A DNA stretch of 64,000 bases, taken from Candidatus Latescibacterota bacterium. Lineage in GTDB: Bacteria; Latescibacterota; UBA2968; UBA8231. The stretch spans positions 1,344,001 through 1,408,000 of the forward strand of contig OZ242318.1 of NCBI GenBank assembly GCA_965208105.1, in the 5' to 3' direction. The translations under genes and the position numbers were made by a program. Below are positions 44,386 to 54,680 of the stretch, piece by piece. Numbering within the stretch: position 1 is the first letter of the stretch; each line of letters opens with the position of its first letter. Below the pieces are notes generated by a model. It had not been told where the DNA came from, made no database searches, and saw nothing but the letters and a program-made list of their open reading frames with translations.

Positions 44386-46403
44386 GTACCCTCTTCTCCA
44401 GTGGCCGGCGCCTCCTGGATTTCTTCATCTGCCGGGTTGCCCTTCGCCACGGACGGCTCTCCGCCCTCCACTTCCGGCGGTCCGAGCGCCAGGATGTTGT
44501 CGATCTCGGCATCATCCAGCATCTCGAATCGGAGCAGGGCATGGGCAAGAGCGTGCAGCTTGTCCTGGTTCTTCTCGAGGAGGCCCGCAGCGGTCTTCTC
44601 CGCGGTGATGACCAGATCCCTGATCTCCTGATCGATCGCCTGAGCGGTCTGTTCGCTGAAGTTCCGGGTCCGGGCGAACTCCTTGCCCAGGAAGACCTCC
44701 TCCTCCTCGTTCCCGAAGGAGAGCGGGCCGAGATGCTTGCTCATGCCCCACTCGCAGACCATGGAGCGCGCCAGGGCGGTCACCTGCTTGTAGTCGCCCT
44801 GGGCCCCGGTGCTGCGTTCCTTGAATATCAGGGACTCGGCACAACAGCCTCCAAGTGCCGTCGCCAGGTGGGTGCGCAGCCGGGTCTCCGAGACCGAGTG
44901 CCTCTCGTCTGCCAGGAAGGACACCATGCCCATGGTCTGACCGCGAGGAATGATGGTTGCCTTGTGAATGGGCTGGGCTCCGGGAAGGAGTTTCGCCACA
45001 ATGGCATGTCCCGCTTCGTGGTAGGCCGCCAGCCTCTTGTCCTCCTCACTCATCACCATGCTCTTGCGCTCCGCCCCCAGCATGATCTTGTCCTTGGCCT
45101 CGTCAAAATCGGCCATGACCACCTCCTGGCGGTTTCGCCGCGAAGCCAGCAGGGCAGCTTCGTTCGCCAGATTGGCCAGGTCGGCACCGGAAAGCCCCGG
45201 CGACCCCTGGGCTACCCGCTTCAGATCGACGTCGTCGGCCATGGGAATATGGCGGGTGTGAACCGCGAGAATCCCTTCGCGCCCACGCAGATCGGGCAGG
45301 TCCACTACAACCCTGCGATCGAAGCGCCCGGGGCGCAGCAGAGCAGGGTCCAGCACATCCGGACGGTTGGTAGCGGCGACCAGAATCACCCCGTCGTTGG
45401 ACTCGAAGCCGTCCATCTCCACCAGCAACTGATTCAGGGTCTGCTCGCGTTCGTCGTGACCACCGCCGATTCCGGCGCCCCGATGGCGGCCAACCGCGTC
45501 GATCTCGTCCATGAAGATGATGCATGGGGCATTGGCCTTGCCTTGCTCGAACAAATCGCGCACCCTGGATGCTCCCACCCCGACGAACATCTCGACGAAG
45601 TCCGAGCCGCTGATGCTGAAGAAGGGGACGCCCGCCTCTCCGGCTACCGCCCGGGCAAGATGGGTCTTGCCGGTCCCTGGAGGCCCTACCAGAAGGACCC
45701 CCTTGGGGATACGGCCTCCCAAACGCTGGAACTTCTTTGGGTCCTTCAGGAATTCGATGATCTCCTCCAGCTCCTGCTTGGCCTCGTCGGCTCCGGCCAC
45801 GTCCCTGAAGGTCGTCTTCTCCTTCTCCTCCATGAGGAGCCTTGCCCTGCTCTTCCCGAAGGAGAACAGACCCCTGGCCCCACCTTGCATCTGCCGCAGC
45901 ATGAATAGCCAGAAGGCGATGAAAAGCAACCAGGGAAGGAAACTCAGCATCAGGTTGTACCACTGGAAGGGCTTCTCCTTGAACCTGAAATCGAGCCCCA
46001 TTTCCTCCCATTCGCGCTTGGTCGCCGCATCGATGGGTCCCAGGTTGACCACGAACTTGCCACCGTTGTACAGAGTCCCGTGGAATTCGCTTTCGCCGAC
46101 CACCATGCCTTCGGCGATTTCCCCGGTCTTCAGGTATTCCCTGAACTCTTTGTAGGAAATATTCCTCGCATCGGAGGGCATGCTGCCAAAAAATTTGGCC
46201 GCAAAGACCAGGACCAGAATCAAAAGAATCCAGGCTGCCTGGGTCCTTGAGGGACGGCGCCAGCGGTTTTCCCTGTCTTCATGCCTTTTGCGGTCCCCCT
46301 GCGCGACCCCCGGCGACCTCTGCCTCTCGGACGGGGAATTCTCCTGTACATCATCGGGGGTCCGGGAGGTCCTGCTGTTTTTCTCTTCGCTGTTCTCGGT
46401 CAT
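44382..46403 (-). CDS. ftsH: ATP-dependent zinc metalloprotease FtsH
   Basis: Two TMs, [18 protein letters not shown] and HEAGH motifs. Confidence 0.97.
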   Translation of the reverse strand: MTENSEEKNSRTSRTPDDVQENSPSERQRSPGVAQGDRKRHEDRENRWRRPSRTQAAWILLILVLVFAAKFFGSMPSDARNISYKEFREYLKTGEIAEGMVVGESEFHGTLYNGGKFVVNLGPIDAATKREWEEMGLDFRFKEKPFQWYNLMLSFLPWLLFIAFWLFMLRQMQGGARGLFSFGKSRARLLMEEKEKTTFRDVAGADEAKQELEEIIEFLKDPKKFQRLGGRIPKGVLLVGPPGTGKTHLARAVAGEAGVPFFSISGSDFVEMFVGVGASRVRDLFEQGKANAPCIIFMDEIDAVGRHRGAGIGGGHDEREQTLNQLLVEMDGFESNDGVILVAATNRPDVLDPALLRPGRFDRRVVVDLPDLRGREGILAVHTRHIPMADDVDLKRVAQGSPGLSGADLANLANEAALLASRRNRQEVVMADFDEAKDKIMLGAERKSMVMSEEDKRLAAYHEAGHAIVAKLLPGAQPIHKATIIPRGQTMGMVSFLADERHSVSETRLRTHLATALGGCCAESLIFKERSTGAQGDYKQVTALARSMVCEWGMSKHLGPLSFGNEEEEVFLGKEFARTRNFSEQTAQAIDQEIRDLVITAEKTAAGLLEKNQDKLHALAHALLRFEMLDDAEIDNILALGPPEVEGGEPSVAKGNPADEEIQEAPATGEEGT

Positions 46404-46427
46404 CGCGATGGTCTTCCGTAAGCCCGT

Positions 46428-47813
46428 TCAGCAGGGGTTCCGCTTCAGCTCCACCAGCAGAATTTCCCGCGTGGCTTCGCCAACCCGGCAACGGTGGCTG
46501 GCGCGCATCCCTACTACCCAGAGGATCTCCTCCCCCCTGGTCAGCAGCATGACTTCGTCCCGCAGAATGCGCGGCCATTTCACGTCGATGAGGTAATCGC
46601 TCACCTTCTTGTGGCCTTTCATTCCCAGGGGTTGAAATCGGTCGCCGCCCCTGGGGCTGCGCAACAGAAGTTGCGCTCCGGCCAGGTCCCAGTCAAAGGC
46701 GGCTCGCGATTGTCCGAGCCTGGGTTTCAACTGGGGGAAGCGGCTGACGGGGAGAAGCCGGGTCTTCAGGGAAACTCCATGGGAGCGAATCCCGGTTTCG
46801 CCGGGGACATGGATGGGGAATTCCACAGGCGGCGGAGCTCCGCGGCTCAAAATAAACCGCTCCCCGGAGTGCTGGCTCCACAACTTCGATGATATCTGGC
46901 GCAGTCTGCCATCCCGCTGCCGGACCATGCCGAGAACGGTTTCAACACGGGCAAAATCAAAAGGCCCTTCGCGCTTGGAAAGGCCCTGAGTTAGCGTTCT
47001 GATCACCCGCCTCTGTATCGCTATAGGATAATTCAGAATTCGCTCCCTATCAAGGACAATCTTGCGGGCAGAGCGCTCGCAAACCACTGCGTTCAAAGCA
47101 GCTAGGGCCCTATCGGCAAGGAAGCGATTCTCCTCCCTGGCAATCTGCGCGGTGCGTCCGAGGGTGGCGACAATGTTGGGGTTGTGGTGCCTTTGCAGGT
47201 AGGGGAGGAGCTGGTGGCGCACTCTATTGCGCGCAAAGCGCAGGTCCCTGTTGGTACTGTCTTCGCGAAAGGAAATGCCGCAAGCACAGGCGTAGGTCTC
47301 GATCGCGGAACGCTCGAAGGACAAAAGGGGACGGATATAGCGTTCATCGCGCACCTGGTCCATGGCGCCAAGGCCACCGGGGCCACTGCCCCGGAGAAGC
47401 CGAAGGAGCACCGTTTCGGCCTGGTCGCCGGCGTGGTGGCCCAGGGCGATTCTGGCCCCGCCCGATTCCATAGCGACCCTGTCCAGGAACTGGTATCGCA
47501 GATGGCGGGCGGCGGCTTCCAGGGAAAGCCGCTGCTGCCGCGCGAACTGGATCACGTCCAGAGAATCGCTGGTGCAAGCGAGGCCGCGTTTCCGGGCAGC
47601 GGCTTCGACGAAATCGCGGTCGGAGCCCGATTCGGGGCGCAGCCGGTGGTCGAGGTGGGCCACCTGGAGTTCCACTTCCAGGCATCCTCGGAGCTTGTCC
47701 AGGATGTCCAGCAGCACCATGGAATCAATTCCTCCCGAAACCGCTGCAACTACCCGTTCGCCTGGTTTCAGGCTCGCGCCAAGCTCCAACACCTGGCGCA
47801 CCTCTGCGACCAT
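46428..47813 (-). CDS. tilS: tRNA(Ile)-lysidine synthetase
   Basis: PP-loop SGGIDS, HHAGDQAET and RNRVRH motifs plus the C-terminal TilS domain. Start uncertain (47813-47903). Confidence 0.93.
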   Translation of the reverse strand: MVAEVRQVLELGASLKPGERVVAAVSGGIDSMVLLDILDKLRGCLEVELQVAHLDHRLRPESGSDRDFVEAAARKRGLACTSDSLDVIQFARQQRLSLEAAARHLRYQFLDRVAMESGGARIALGHHAGDQAETVLLRLLRGSGPGGLGAMDQVRDERYIRPLLSFERSAIETYACACGISFREDSTNRDLRFARNRVRHQLLPYLQRHHNPNIVATLGRTAQIAREENRFLADRALAALNAVVCERSARKIVLDRERILNYPIAIQRRVIRTLTQGLSKREGPFDFARVETVLGMVRQRDGRLRQISSKLWSQHSGERFILSRGAPPPVEFPIHVPGETGIRSHGVSLKTRLLPVSRFPQLKPRLGQSRAAFDWDLAGAQLLLRSPRGGDRFQPLGMKGHKKVSDYLIDVKWPRILRDEVMLLTRGEEILWVVGMRASHRCRVGEATREILLVELKRNPC

Positions 47814-47948
47814 TCCTCCAATTTCCCGATCGCAACGGCTCTGGGCCACAATCCCTTCTCCTGATAGTGTGCCACTCATTGCAGAGGAGGAAGCATCCCG
47901 CACCCCGGGGAGGATCGATAATCGTTCGAGGAGGCGGTAATCACACCT

Positions 47949-50900
47949 TCAATTCGACACTGTAATTCCCGCTAGGGCAGTCCAGACACTTACCCTGTCG
48001 TCCACGTCCCGTGCCCGCACGCGATAGTAGTAGGTCTCCCCCCGCCTTACGGAATCGTCCTCCCTGGAGGTGCTGAGGTCGTTGGGCAGAATATCCACGA
48101 AATCGCCGTCCTCCATGCTGCCGGGGACTGAAGTGCGCTGCACCTCGTAGTGGAGTATCGCGCCTGATGCCGCCGTCCAGCTAATGGTAACGACCGGCGG
48201 ATGCAGCAGGTTGGAAGGGGTGGTCGAAGAAACGGACACGTTCTTGGGAGGATCGACCCCTCCTGTCGTCAGGGGAGTCGTTGCCGAGCGCGGGCTCGAG
48301 TTCCCCGCCGGATCCACTGCTTCGACCTGGTAGAAATAGGTCGTCAACTCCTTGAGACCTGTATCGACGAATGCAGCCTCCGTCGCTGTTCCCACCAGTT
48401 TGAAGGGCCCGTCCTCATCGGGGGAGCGGTAGATTTGAAAGCCCTGCAAGCCCGTCAGTCTGCCTCCGGCGGCGTCGGTGTTGGGCGCCGTCCAGGTAAT
48501 TTCCAGCATCGAGGGATCTTCCGCCAGGGGAACACCTTCCAGGAAGGTCGGCGCCCCGGGAGGACTGTAGTCGGTCAGGACCGTGGTTCCGACGAATGCG
48601 GAAAGCCCGCTTTCACCCTGCGAAGTCAGAACGCTGACCCTGTAGAAGTAGACATCTCCCGCCGCGAGCCCCGCATCAGTATAAGCCGTCTGGCCCGTGG
48701 TGAAGGGCGCGCCCTCCAGCCCCTCCAGGCGCTCGTAGCCCGCGTCCGAGCGCGAAGAGCGATACACGTTGTAGCCGCGCAGGTCCGTCTCTGCGCTCGC
48801 CTCCCACTCCAGCAGCACCCGCCCGATCTCCCCGGTCGCCCGCAGACCCGCAGGCGGAGCGATGCCCCCCGTCTCCACCGTCACCGGCTGCGAGCGCGTC
48901 CCCGGGTTGCCCGAGCCGTCGAAGCCAACCACCGCATAGCCATAGCGGCGAAGCTCCTCCAGGCCCCGGTCCACGAAGCTGTGCACCCCCGAGCCCAGTG
49001 TATCCACCACCGCGAACGATCCTCCCTCTTCCGAGCGCAGCACCACATAGCCCGCCAATCCCGTCAGCTCGCCCCCGTCAGCATCCGAGCGCGGAGCCTC
49101 CCACGACAGCCGCACCTCCCCCACCGCTCCCGGCTCCACCACCACCGACAGGTTCGACGGTGCCCCAGGCCCCACCTCGTCCGCCAGCACCGTCGCGCCA
49201 ACGAAGCCCGACGCCGCGCTCTCCCGCCGGGACGTCACCGCCGTCACCCGGTAGAAATACCGGCCCCCCGCAGATACGCTCGAATCCACGTAGCTGACCT
49301 GCCCCGTGGTGAAGGACCCGCCCTCCAGCCCATCCAGGCGCTCGTAGCCCGCGTCCGAGCGCGGCGAGCGATACACGTTGTAGCCCTGAAGATCCGTCTC
49401 TGCGCTCGCCTCCCACTGCAGCAGCACCCGCCCGATCTCCCCGGTCGCCCGCAGACCCGCAGGCGGAGCGATGCCTCCCGTCTCGACCGTCACCGGCTGC
49501 GAGCGCGTCCCCGGGTTGCCCGAGCCGTCGAAGCCCACCACCGCGTAGCCATAGCGGCGAAGCTCCTCCAGGCCCCGGTCCACGAAGCGGTGCACCCCCG
49601 CGCCCAGTGTATCCACCACCGCGAACGATCCTCCCTCCTCCGAGCGCAGCACCACGTACCCCGCCAACCCCGTCAGCTCGCCTCCGTCCGCGTCCGAGCG
49701 CGGAGCCTCCCACGACAGCCGCACCTCCCCCACCGCTCCCGGCTCCACCACCGCCGACAGATTCGACGGTGCCCCAGGCCCCACCTCGTCGGCCAGAACC
49801 GTCGCCCCCACGAAGCCCGACGCCGAGCTCTCCCGCCGGGACGTCACCGCCGTCACCCGGTAGAAATACCGGCCCCCCGCCGCCACGCTCGAATCCACGT
49901 AGCTGACCTGCCCCGTGGTGAAGGACCCGCCCTCCATCCCATCCAGGCGCTCGTAGCCCGCGTCCGAGCGCGAAGAGCGATACACGTTGTAGCCGCGCAG
50001 GTCCGTCTCTGCGCTCGCCTCCCACTCCAGCAGCACCCGCCCGATCTCCCCGGTCGCCCGCAGACCCGCAGGCGGAGCGATGCCCCCCGTCTCGACCGTC
50101 ACCGGCTGCGAGCGCGTCCCCGGGTTGCCCGAGCCGTCGAAGCCAACCACCGCATAGCCATAGCGGCGAAGCTCCTCCAGGCCCCGGTCCACGAAGCTGT
50201 GCACCCCCGAGCCCAGTGTATCCACCACCGCGAACGATCCTCCCTCTTCCGAGCGCAGCACCACATAGCCCGCCAATCCCGTCAGCTCGCCCCCGTCAGC
50301 GTCCGAGCGCGGAGCCTCCCACGACAGCCGCACCTCCCCCACCGCTCCCGGCTCCACCACCACCGACAGGTTCGACGGTGCCCCTGGCCCCACCTCGTCC
50401 GCCAGCACCGTCGCGCCAACGAAGCCCGACGCCGCGCTCTCCCGCCGGGACGTCACCGCCGTCACCCGGTAGAAATACCGGCCCCCCGCAGATACGCTCG
50501 AATCCACGTAGCTGACCTGCCCCGTGGTGAAGGACCCGCCCTCCAGCCCATCCAGGCGCTCGTAGCCCGCGTCCGAGCGCGGCGAGCGATACACGTTGTA
50601 GCCCTGAAGATCCGTCTCTGCGCTCGCCTCCCACTGCAGCAGCACCCGCCCGATCTCCCCGGTCGCCCGCAGACCCGCAGGCGGAGCGATGCCTCCCGTC
50701 TCGACCGTCACCGGCTGCGAGCGCGTCCCTGGGTTGCCCGAGCCGTCGAAGCCAACCACCGCGTAGCCATAGCGGCGAAGCTCCTCCAGGCCCCGGTCCA
50801 CGAAGCGGTGCACCCCCGCGCCCAGTGTATCCACCACCGCGAACGATCCTCCCTCCTCCGAGCGCAGCACCACGTACCCCGCCAACCCCGTCAGCTCGCC

Positions 50901-53273
50901 TCCGTCCGCGTCCGAGCGCGGAGCCTCCCACGACAGCCGCACCTCCCCCACCGCTCCAGGATCCACCACCGCCGACAGGTTCGACGGAGCCCCTGGCCCC
51001 ACCTCGTCGGCCAGAACCGTCGCCCCCACGAAGCCCGACGCCGAGCTCTCCCGCCGCGATGTCACCGCCGTCACCCGGTAGAAATACCGGCCCCCCGCAG
51101 ATACGCTCGAATCCACGTAGCTGACCTGCCCCGTGGTGAAAGACCCGCCCTCCAGCCCATCCAGGCGCTCGTAGCCTGCGTCCGAGCGCGAAGAGCGATA
51201 CACGTTGTAGCCGCGCAGGTCCGTCTCTTCACTCGCCTCCCACTCCAGCAGCACCCGCCCGATCTCCCCGGTCGCCCGCAGGCCCGCAGGCGGAGCGATG
51301 CCCCCCGTCTCGACCGTCACCGGCTGCGAGCGCGTCCCCGGGTTGCCCGAGCCGTCGAAGCCCACCACCGCATAGCCATAGCGGCGAAGCTCCTCCAGGC
51401 CCCGGTCCACGAAGCGGTGCACCCCCGAGCCCAAGGTGTCGACCACCGCGAACGATCCTCCCTCCTCCGAGCGCAGCACCACGTACCCCGCCAACCCCGT
51501 CAGCTCGCCTCCGTTCGCGTCCGAGCGCGGAGCCTCCCACGACAGCCGCACCTCCCCCACCGCTCCCGGCTCCACCACCGCCGACAGATTCGACGGTGCC
51601 CCAGGCCCCACCTCGTCGGCCAGAACCGTCGCCCCCACGAAGCCCGACGCCGCGCTCTCCCGCCGGGACGTCACCGCCGTCACCCGGTAGAAATACCGGC
51701 CCCCCGCAGATACGCTCGAATCCACGTAGCTGACCTGTCCCGTGGTGAAGGACGCACCCTCCAGCCCCTCCAGGCGCTCGTAGCCCGCGTCCGAGCGCGA
51801 AGAGCGATACACGTTGTAGCCGCGCAGGTCCGTCTCTGCGCTCGCCTCCCACTGCAGCAGCACCCGCCCGATCTCCCCGGTCGCCCGCAGGCCCGCAGGC
51901 GGAGCGATACCCCCCGTCTCGACCGTCACCGGCTGCGAGCGCGTCCCCGGGTTGCCCGAGCCGTCGAAGCCCACCACCGCATAGCCATAGCGGCGAAGCT
52001 CCTCCAGGCCCCGGTCCACAAAGCTGTGCACTCCCGCGCCCAGTGTATCCACCACCGCGAACGATCCTCCCTCCTCCGAGCGCAGCACCACGTACCCCGC
52101 CAACCCCGTCAGCTCGCCCCCGTCCGCGTCCGAGCGCGGAGCCTCCCACGACAGCCGCACCTCCCCCACCGCTCCAGGATCCACCACCGCCGACAGGTTC
52201 GACGGAGCCCCTGGCCCCACCTCGTCCGCCAGCACCGTCGCGCCAACGAAGCCCGACGCCGAGCTCTCCCGCCGCGATGTCACCGCCGTCACCCGGTAGA
52301 AATACCGGCCCCCCGCCGCCACGCTCGAATCCACGTAGCTGACCTGCCCCGTGGTGAAGGACGCGCCCTCCAGCCCCTCCAGGCGCTCGTAGCCCGCGTC
52401 CGAGCGCGAAGAGCGATACACGTTGTACCCGCGCAGGTCCGTCTCTGCGCTCGCCTCCCACTCCAGCAGCACCCGCCCGATCTCCCCGGTCGCCCGCAGA
52501 CCCGCAGGCGGAGCGATGCCCCCCGTCTCCACCGTCACCGGCTGCGAGCGCGTCCCCGGGTTGCCCGAGCCGTCGAAGCCCACCACCGCATAGCCATAGC
52601 GGCGAAGCTCCTCCAGACCCCGGTCCACGTACACCCGCGTCTCCACCCCCAACGTATCCACCACCGCAAACGACCCTCCCTCCTCCGAGCGCAGCACCAC
52701 GTACCCCGCCAACCCCGTCAGCTCGCCTCCGTCAGCATCCGAGCGCGGAGCCTCCCACGACAGCCGCACCTCCCCCACCGCTCCCGGCTCCACCACCGCC
52801 GACAGGTTCGACGGAGCCCCAGGCCCCACCTCGTCGGCCAGCACCGTCGCCCCCACGAAGCCCGATCGTTCGCTGTGGAGGTTCATGGTGTCGACGGCGG
52901 CGACGCGGTAATAAAAGGTCTTTCCGGCAAGGTCAGGGGATCCGGCGAACTCCAGCGAGTCGATGAAGCTCGTCAGTGCGGTGGTTGTTCGCGCTCGCGA
53001 TGTGGTATCGCCTTTCTGGGAGATGAATTCGTACTCGCCATCCGAACGGGGGGCACGGAACAGCGCATATCCTGCCAGGTCCCTGTCGACAACCGGTTGC
53101 CAGTTCAATAGAATTCGGTTCACTCCCGGCTTGGCCGTCAGTCCCTGGGGCGTGGGAGGAGATTTTCTCAGCGAGGTGGATTGCGGATCTATGGGGTTGC
53201 TGCGCTCGCGGTCACAGCCAAGCATGATCAGCATGGCTGCTGCCGGGACGAGTGCACGGAAAGGGCGCTTCAT
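47949..53273 (-). CDS. Giant fibronectin type III repeat lipoprotein (about 17 FN3-like domains)
   Basis: SD AGGAG; lipobox MLG-C followed by DRERSNPIDP; repeated APSNLSA...LSWEAP...GYVV...Y.Y.V FN3 units. Confidence 0.88.
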   Translation of the reverse strand: MKRPFRALVPAAAMLIMLGCDRERSNPIDPQSTSLRKSPPTPQGLTAKPGVNRILLNWQPVVDRDLAGYALFRAPRSDGEYEFISQKGDTTSRARTTTALTSFIDSLEFAGSPDLAGKTFYYRVAAVDTMNLHSERSGFVGATVLADEVGPGAPSNLSAVVEPGAVGEVRLSWEAPRSDADGGELTGLAGYVVLRSEEGGSFAVVDTLGVETRVYVDRGLEELRRYGYAVVGFDGSGNPGTRSQPVTVETGGIAPPAGLRATGEIGRVLLEWEASAETDLRGYNVYRSSRSDAGYERLEGLEGASFTTGQVSYVDSSVAAGGRYFYRVTAVTSRRESSASGFVGATVLADEVGPGAPSNLSAVVDPGAVGEVRLSWEAPRSDADGGELTGLAGYVVLRSEEGGSFAVVDTLGAGVHSFVDRGLEELRRYGYAVVGFDGSGNPGTRSQPVTVETGGIAPPAGLRATGEIGRVLLQWEASAETDLRGYNVYRSSRSDAGYERLEGLEGASFTTGQVSYVDSSVSAGGRYFYRVTAVTSRRESAASGFVGATVLADEVGPGAPSNLSAVVEPGAVGEVRLSWEAPRSDANGGELTGLAGYVVLRSEEGGSFAVVDTLGSGVHRFVDRGLEELRRYGYAVVGFDGSGNPGTRSQPVTVETGGIAPPAGLRATGEIGRVLLEWEASEETDLRGYNVYRSSRSDAGYERLDGLEGGSFTTGQVSYVDSSVSAGGRYFYRVTAVTSRRESSASGFVGATVLADEVGPGAPSNLSAVVDPGAVGEVRLSWEAPRSDADGGELTGLAGYVVLRSEEGGSFAVVDTLGAGVHRFVDRGLEELRRYGYAVVGFDGSGNPGTRSQPVTVETGGIAPPAGLRATGEIGRVLLQWEASAETDLQGYNVYRSPRSDAGYERLDGLEGGSFTTGQVSYVDSSVSAGGRYFYRVTAVTSRRESAASGFVGATVLADEVGPGAPSNLSVVVEPGAVGEVRLSWEAPRSDADGGELTGLAGYVVLRSEEGGSFAVVDTLGSGVHSFVDRGLEELRRYGYAVVGFDGSGNPGTRSQPVTVETGGIAPPAGLRATGEIGRVLLEWEASAETDLRGYNVYRSSRSDAGYERLDGMEGGSFTTGQVSYVDSSVAAGGRYFYRVTAVTSRRESSASGFVGATVLADEVGPGAPSNLSAVVEPGAVGEVRLSWEAPRSDADGGELTGLAGYVVLRSEEGGSFAVVDTLGAGVHRFVDRGLEELRRYGYAVVGFDGSGNPGTRSQPVTVETGGIAPPAGLRATGEIGRVLLQWEASAETDLQGYNVYRSPRSDAGYERLDGLEGGSFTTGQVSYVDSSVSAGGRYFYRVTAVTSRRESAASGFVGATVLADEVGPGAPSNLSVVVEPGAVGEVRLSWEAPRSDADGGELTGLAGYVVLRSEEGGSFAVVDTLGSGVHSFVDRGLEELRRYGYAVVGFDGSGNPGTRSQPVTVETGGIAPPAGLRATGEIGRVLLEWEASAETDLRGYNVYRSSRSDAGYERLEGLEGAPFTTGQTAYTDAGLAAGDVYFYRVSVLTSQGESGLSAFVGTTVLTDYSPPGAPTFLEGVPLAEDPSMLEITWTAPNTDAAGGRLTGLQGFQIYRSPDEDGPFKLVGTATEAAFVDTGLKELTTYFYQVEAVDPAGNSSPRSATTPLTTGGVDPPKNVSVSSTTPSNLLHPPVVTISWTAASGAILHYEVQRTSVPGSMEDGDFVDILPNDLSTSREDDSVRRGETYYYRVRARDVDDRVSVWTALAGITVSN
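48603..52865. repeat. Seven tandem 609-bp (203-aa, two-FN3) near-identical intragenic repeats
   Basis: Shadow-ORF starts recur at 48998, 49607, 50216, 50825 and 52043 (multiples of 609). GFVGATVLADEVGPGAPSNLS occurs seven times in the protein. Confidence 0.93.
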
Positions 53274-53366
53274 GGAAGCTCCTACCAAAAAGTCCAAGAC
53301 GATGTGCTTTCAATTATCCTGGGAAGGAAGAGGAAAGGAGAAGAAGACCTCCGGGAAGAGACAGCC

Positions 53367-53822
53367 TCAGAAAAAAACCCAAATTTTCTTCAAGCCGAAG
53401 CCCATGCCCGGACGGGAGATACCAGGGTCGAATCTATATCCACCATCCTTCGCGCCGGCGGAAAAAACCCGGCGCTCGTTGGATTTGGCCTCTCTCTCCT
53501 CGCTAAACAGCAGGCGCGCCCCGCTGACGGCAAAAGCGGCGCCCAAGGCCCAGCTCACCTGGCTCTTGACGTCCCGATTGGTGGTGCGTCGGTAAAGCTG
53601 GTCAGCCTCCACCGGATCGCTGGAAATTTCGTAGCGCCCGTACAGGTGATTCGCTTCCTTGCGCAAGTCGAATCCCTTCTTTACGAGCAGCGCACTGCTC
53701 CCCATGAACACCATGCCCAGGGAGCGTTTCAGCGTGAAAAAATTCCGGTCCTCGGCCTGGACTGACTGACTCGTGAACAACCAGCAAAAAAGGACCAATA
53801 CTGTAATCCTCAATCGTCCCAT
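53367..53822 (-). CDS. Hypothetical exported/membrane protein upstream of the FN3 lipoprotein
   Basis: Signal peptide MGRLRITVLVLFCWLFTSQSVQA, two hydrophobic segments, ends WVFF. Confidence 0.6.
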   Translation of the reverse strand: MGRLRITVLVLFCWLFTSQSVQAEDRNFFTLKRSLGMVFMGSSALLVKKGFDLRKEANHLYGRYEISSDPVEADQLYRRTTNRDVKSQVSWALGAAFAVSGARLLFSEEREAKSNERRVFSAGAKDGGYRFDPGISRPGMGFGLKKIWVFF

Positions 53823-53957
53823 ACATCCCTTGTTGCATTGCGGATTTACCTCTGGTTCTAGATTAGGGCCGAGGGTAAACTTTGTCAACCGCCCTCTCCC
53901 CTTGCTGCGATCTTCTTTCGCCGCCGATTTCTTCCCGCCTGCGAATCCAGGCGGCAC

Positions 53958-53986
53958 TTGACAAATGAACTAATGTGCAGTAAAAT
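53958..53986 (+). promoter_or_regulatory. lexA sigma70 promoter with candidate SOS box in the spacer
   Basis: TTGACA-17-TAAAAT; the spacer contains TGAAC-TAAT-GTGCA. Confidence 0.7.
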
Positions 53987-54040
53987 AAAACTGTTCGGAC
54001 TTCCCCATCCCACCTTCATAATCTCCCAGAGGGTTGCACC

Positions 54041-54670
54041 ATGCGCAAAAAGCTGACAGAGCGCCAGCAGACCATCTATGACTTCATCGCCCGCACCATC
54101 AGGGATCGCGGAGCCCCTCCCACCATCCGCGACATCATGGAGGCATTCGGCATCAGCTCCACGAACGGCGTGCGCACGACCCTTGCGGCGCTGGAGAAAA
54201 AGGGCCACATCCGCCGCCATCCTCGCCTTTCACGAGGCATAGAGTTGGCCGACTACGTCGAGCGCACTCCTCTCTCCGACGCCGTCTCCGAGGTGCCTCT
54301 GATAGGCAGGGTAGCTGCGGGCGAACCCGTGTTGGCGGTGCAGAACATAGAGGACACTCTGCAAGTCGACAGGGCCCTGTTGCCGGCTTCCGGCGACCTC
54401 TTCGCGCTGCGCGTGCACGGAGAGAGCATGAAGGATGCGGGCATTCTCGACGGCGACATCGTCCTCGCCAGGCATCAGCAAACCGCCGAACGAGGAGATA
54501 TCGTCGTTGCCCTGCTCGACGAAGAAGCCACGGTCAAGCGCTATTACCCCGACCCTCAGTGCATTCGCCTGATGCCCGAAAACGAGACCTTCGAACCCAT
54601 TATCATCCCTTACGAGGCAGAGAACTTCAGGATCGCCGGCAAGGTGGTGAGCCTCATGCGGCGCCTGTAA
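54041..54670 (+). CDS. lexA: SOS transcriptional repressor LexA
   Basis: LTERQ..IYDFI and PPTIRDI; GRVAAG cleavage site; GESM (Ser) and TVKR (Lys). Confidence 0.96.
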   Translation: MRKKLTERQQTIYDFIARTIRDRGAPPTIRDIMEAFGISSTNGVRTTLAALEKKGHIRRHPRLSRGIELADYVERTPLSDAVSEVPLIGRVAAGEPVLAVQNIEDTLQVDRALLPASGDLFALRVHGESMKDAGILDGDIVLARHQQTAERGDIVVALLDEEATVKRYYPDPQCIRLMPENETFEPIIIPYEAENFRIAGKVVSLMRRL

Positions 54671-54680
54671 AGGAAGCGCG

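Noticed and set aside
48603-52865. Tandem array considered as CRISPR or other non-coding repeat
   Set aside because: The units are 609 bp, in frame and coding, with no unique spacers and no cas genes.
48201-53111. 1,636-aa plus-strand ORF and repeated 99-aa Pro-rich ORFs
   Set aside because: Antisense and off-frame shadows of the GC-rich FN3 repeat gene. They are Arg/Pro-rich with no domain signal and are open only because the repeat unit lacks stops.
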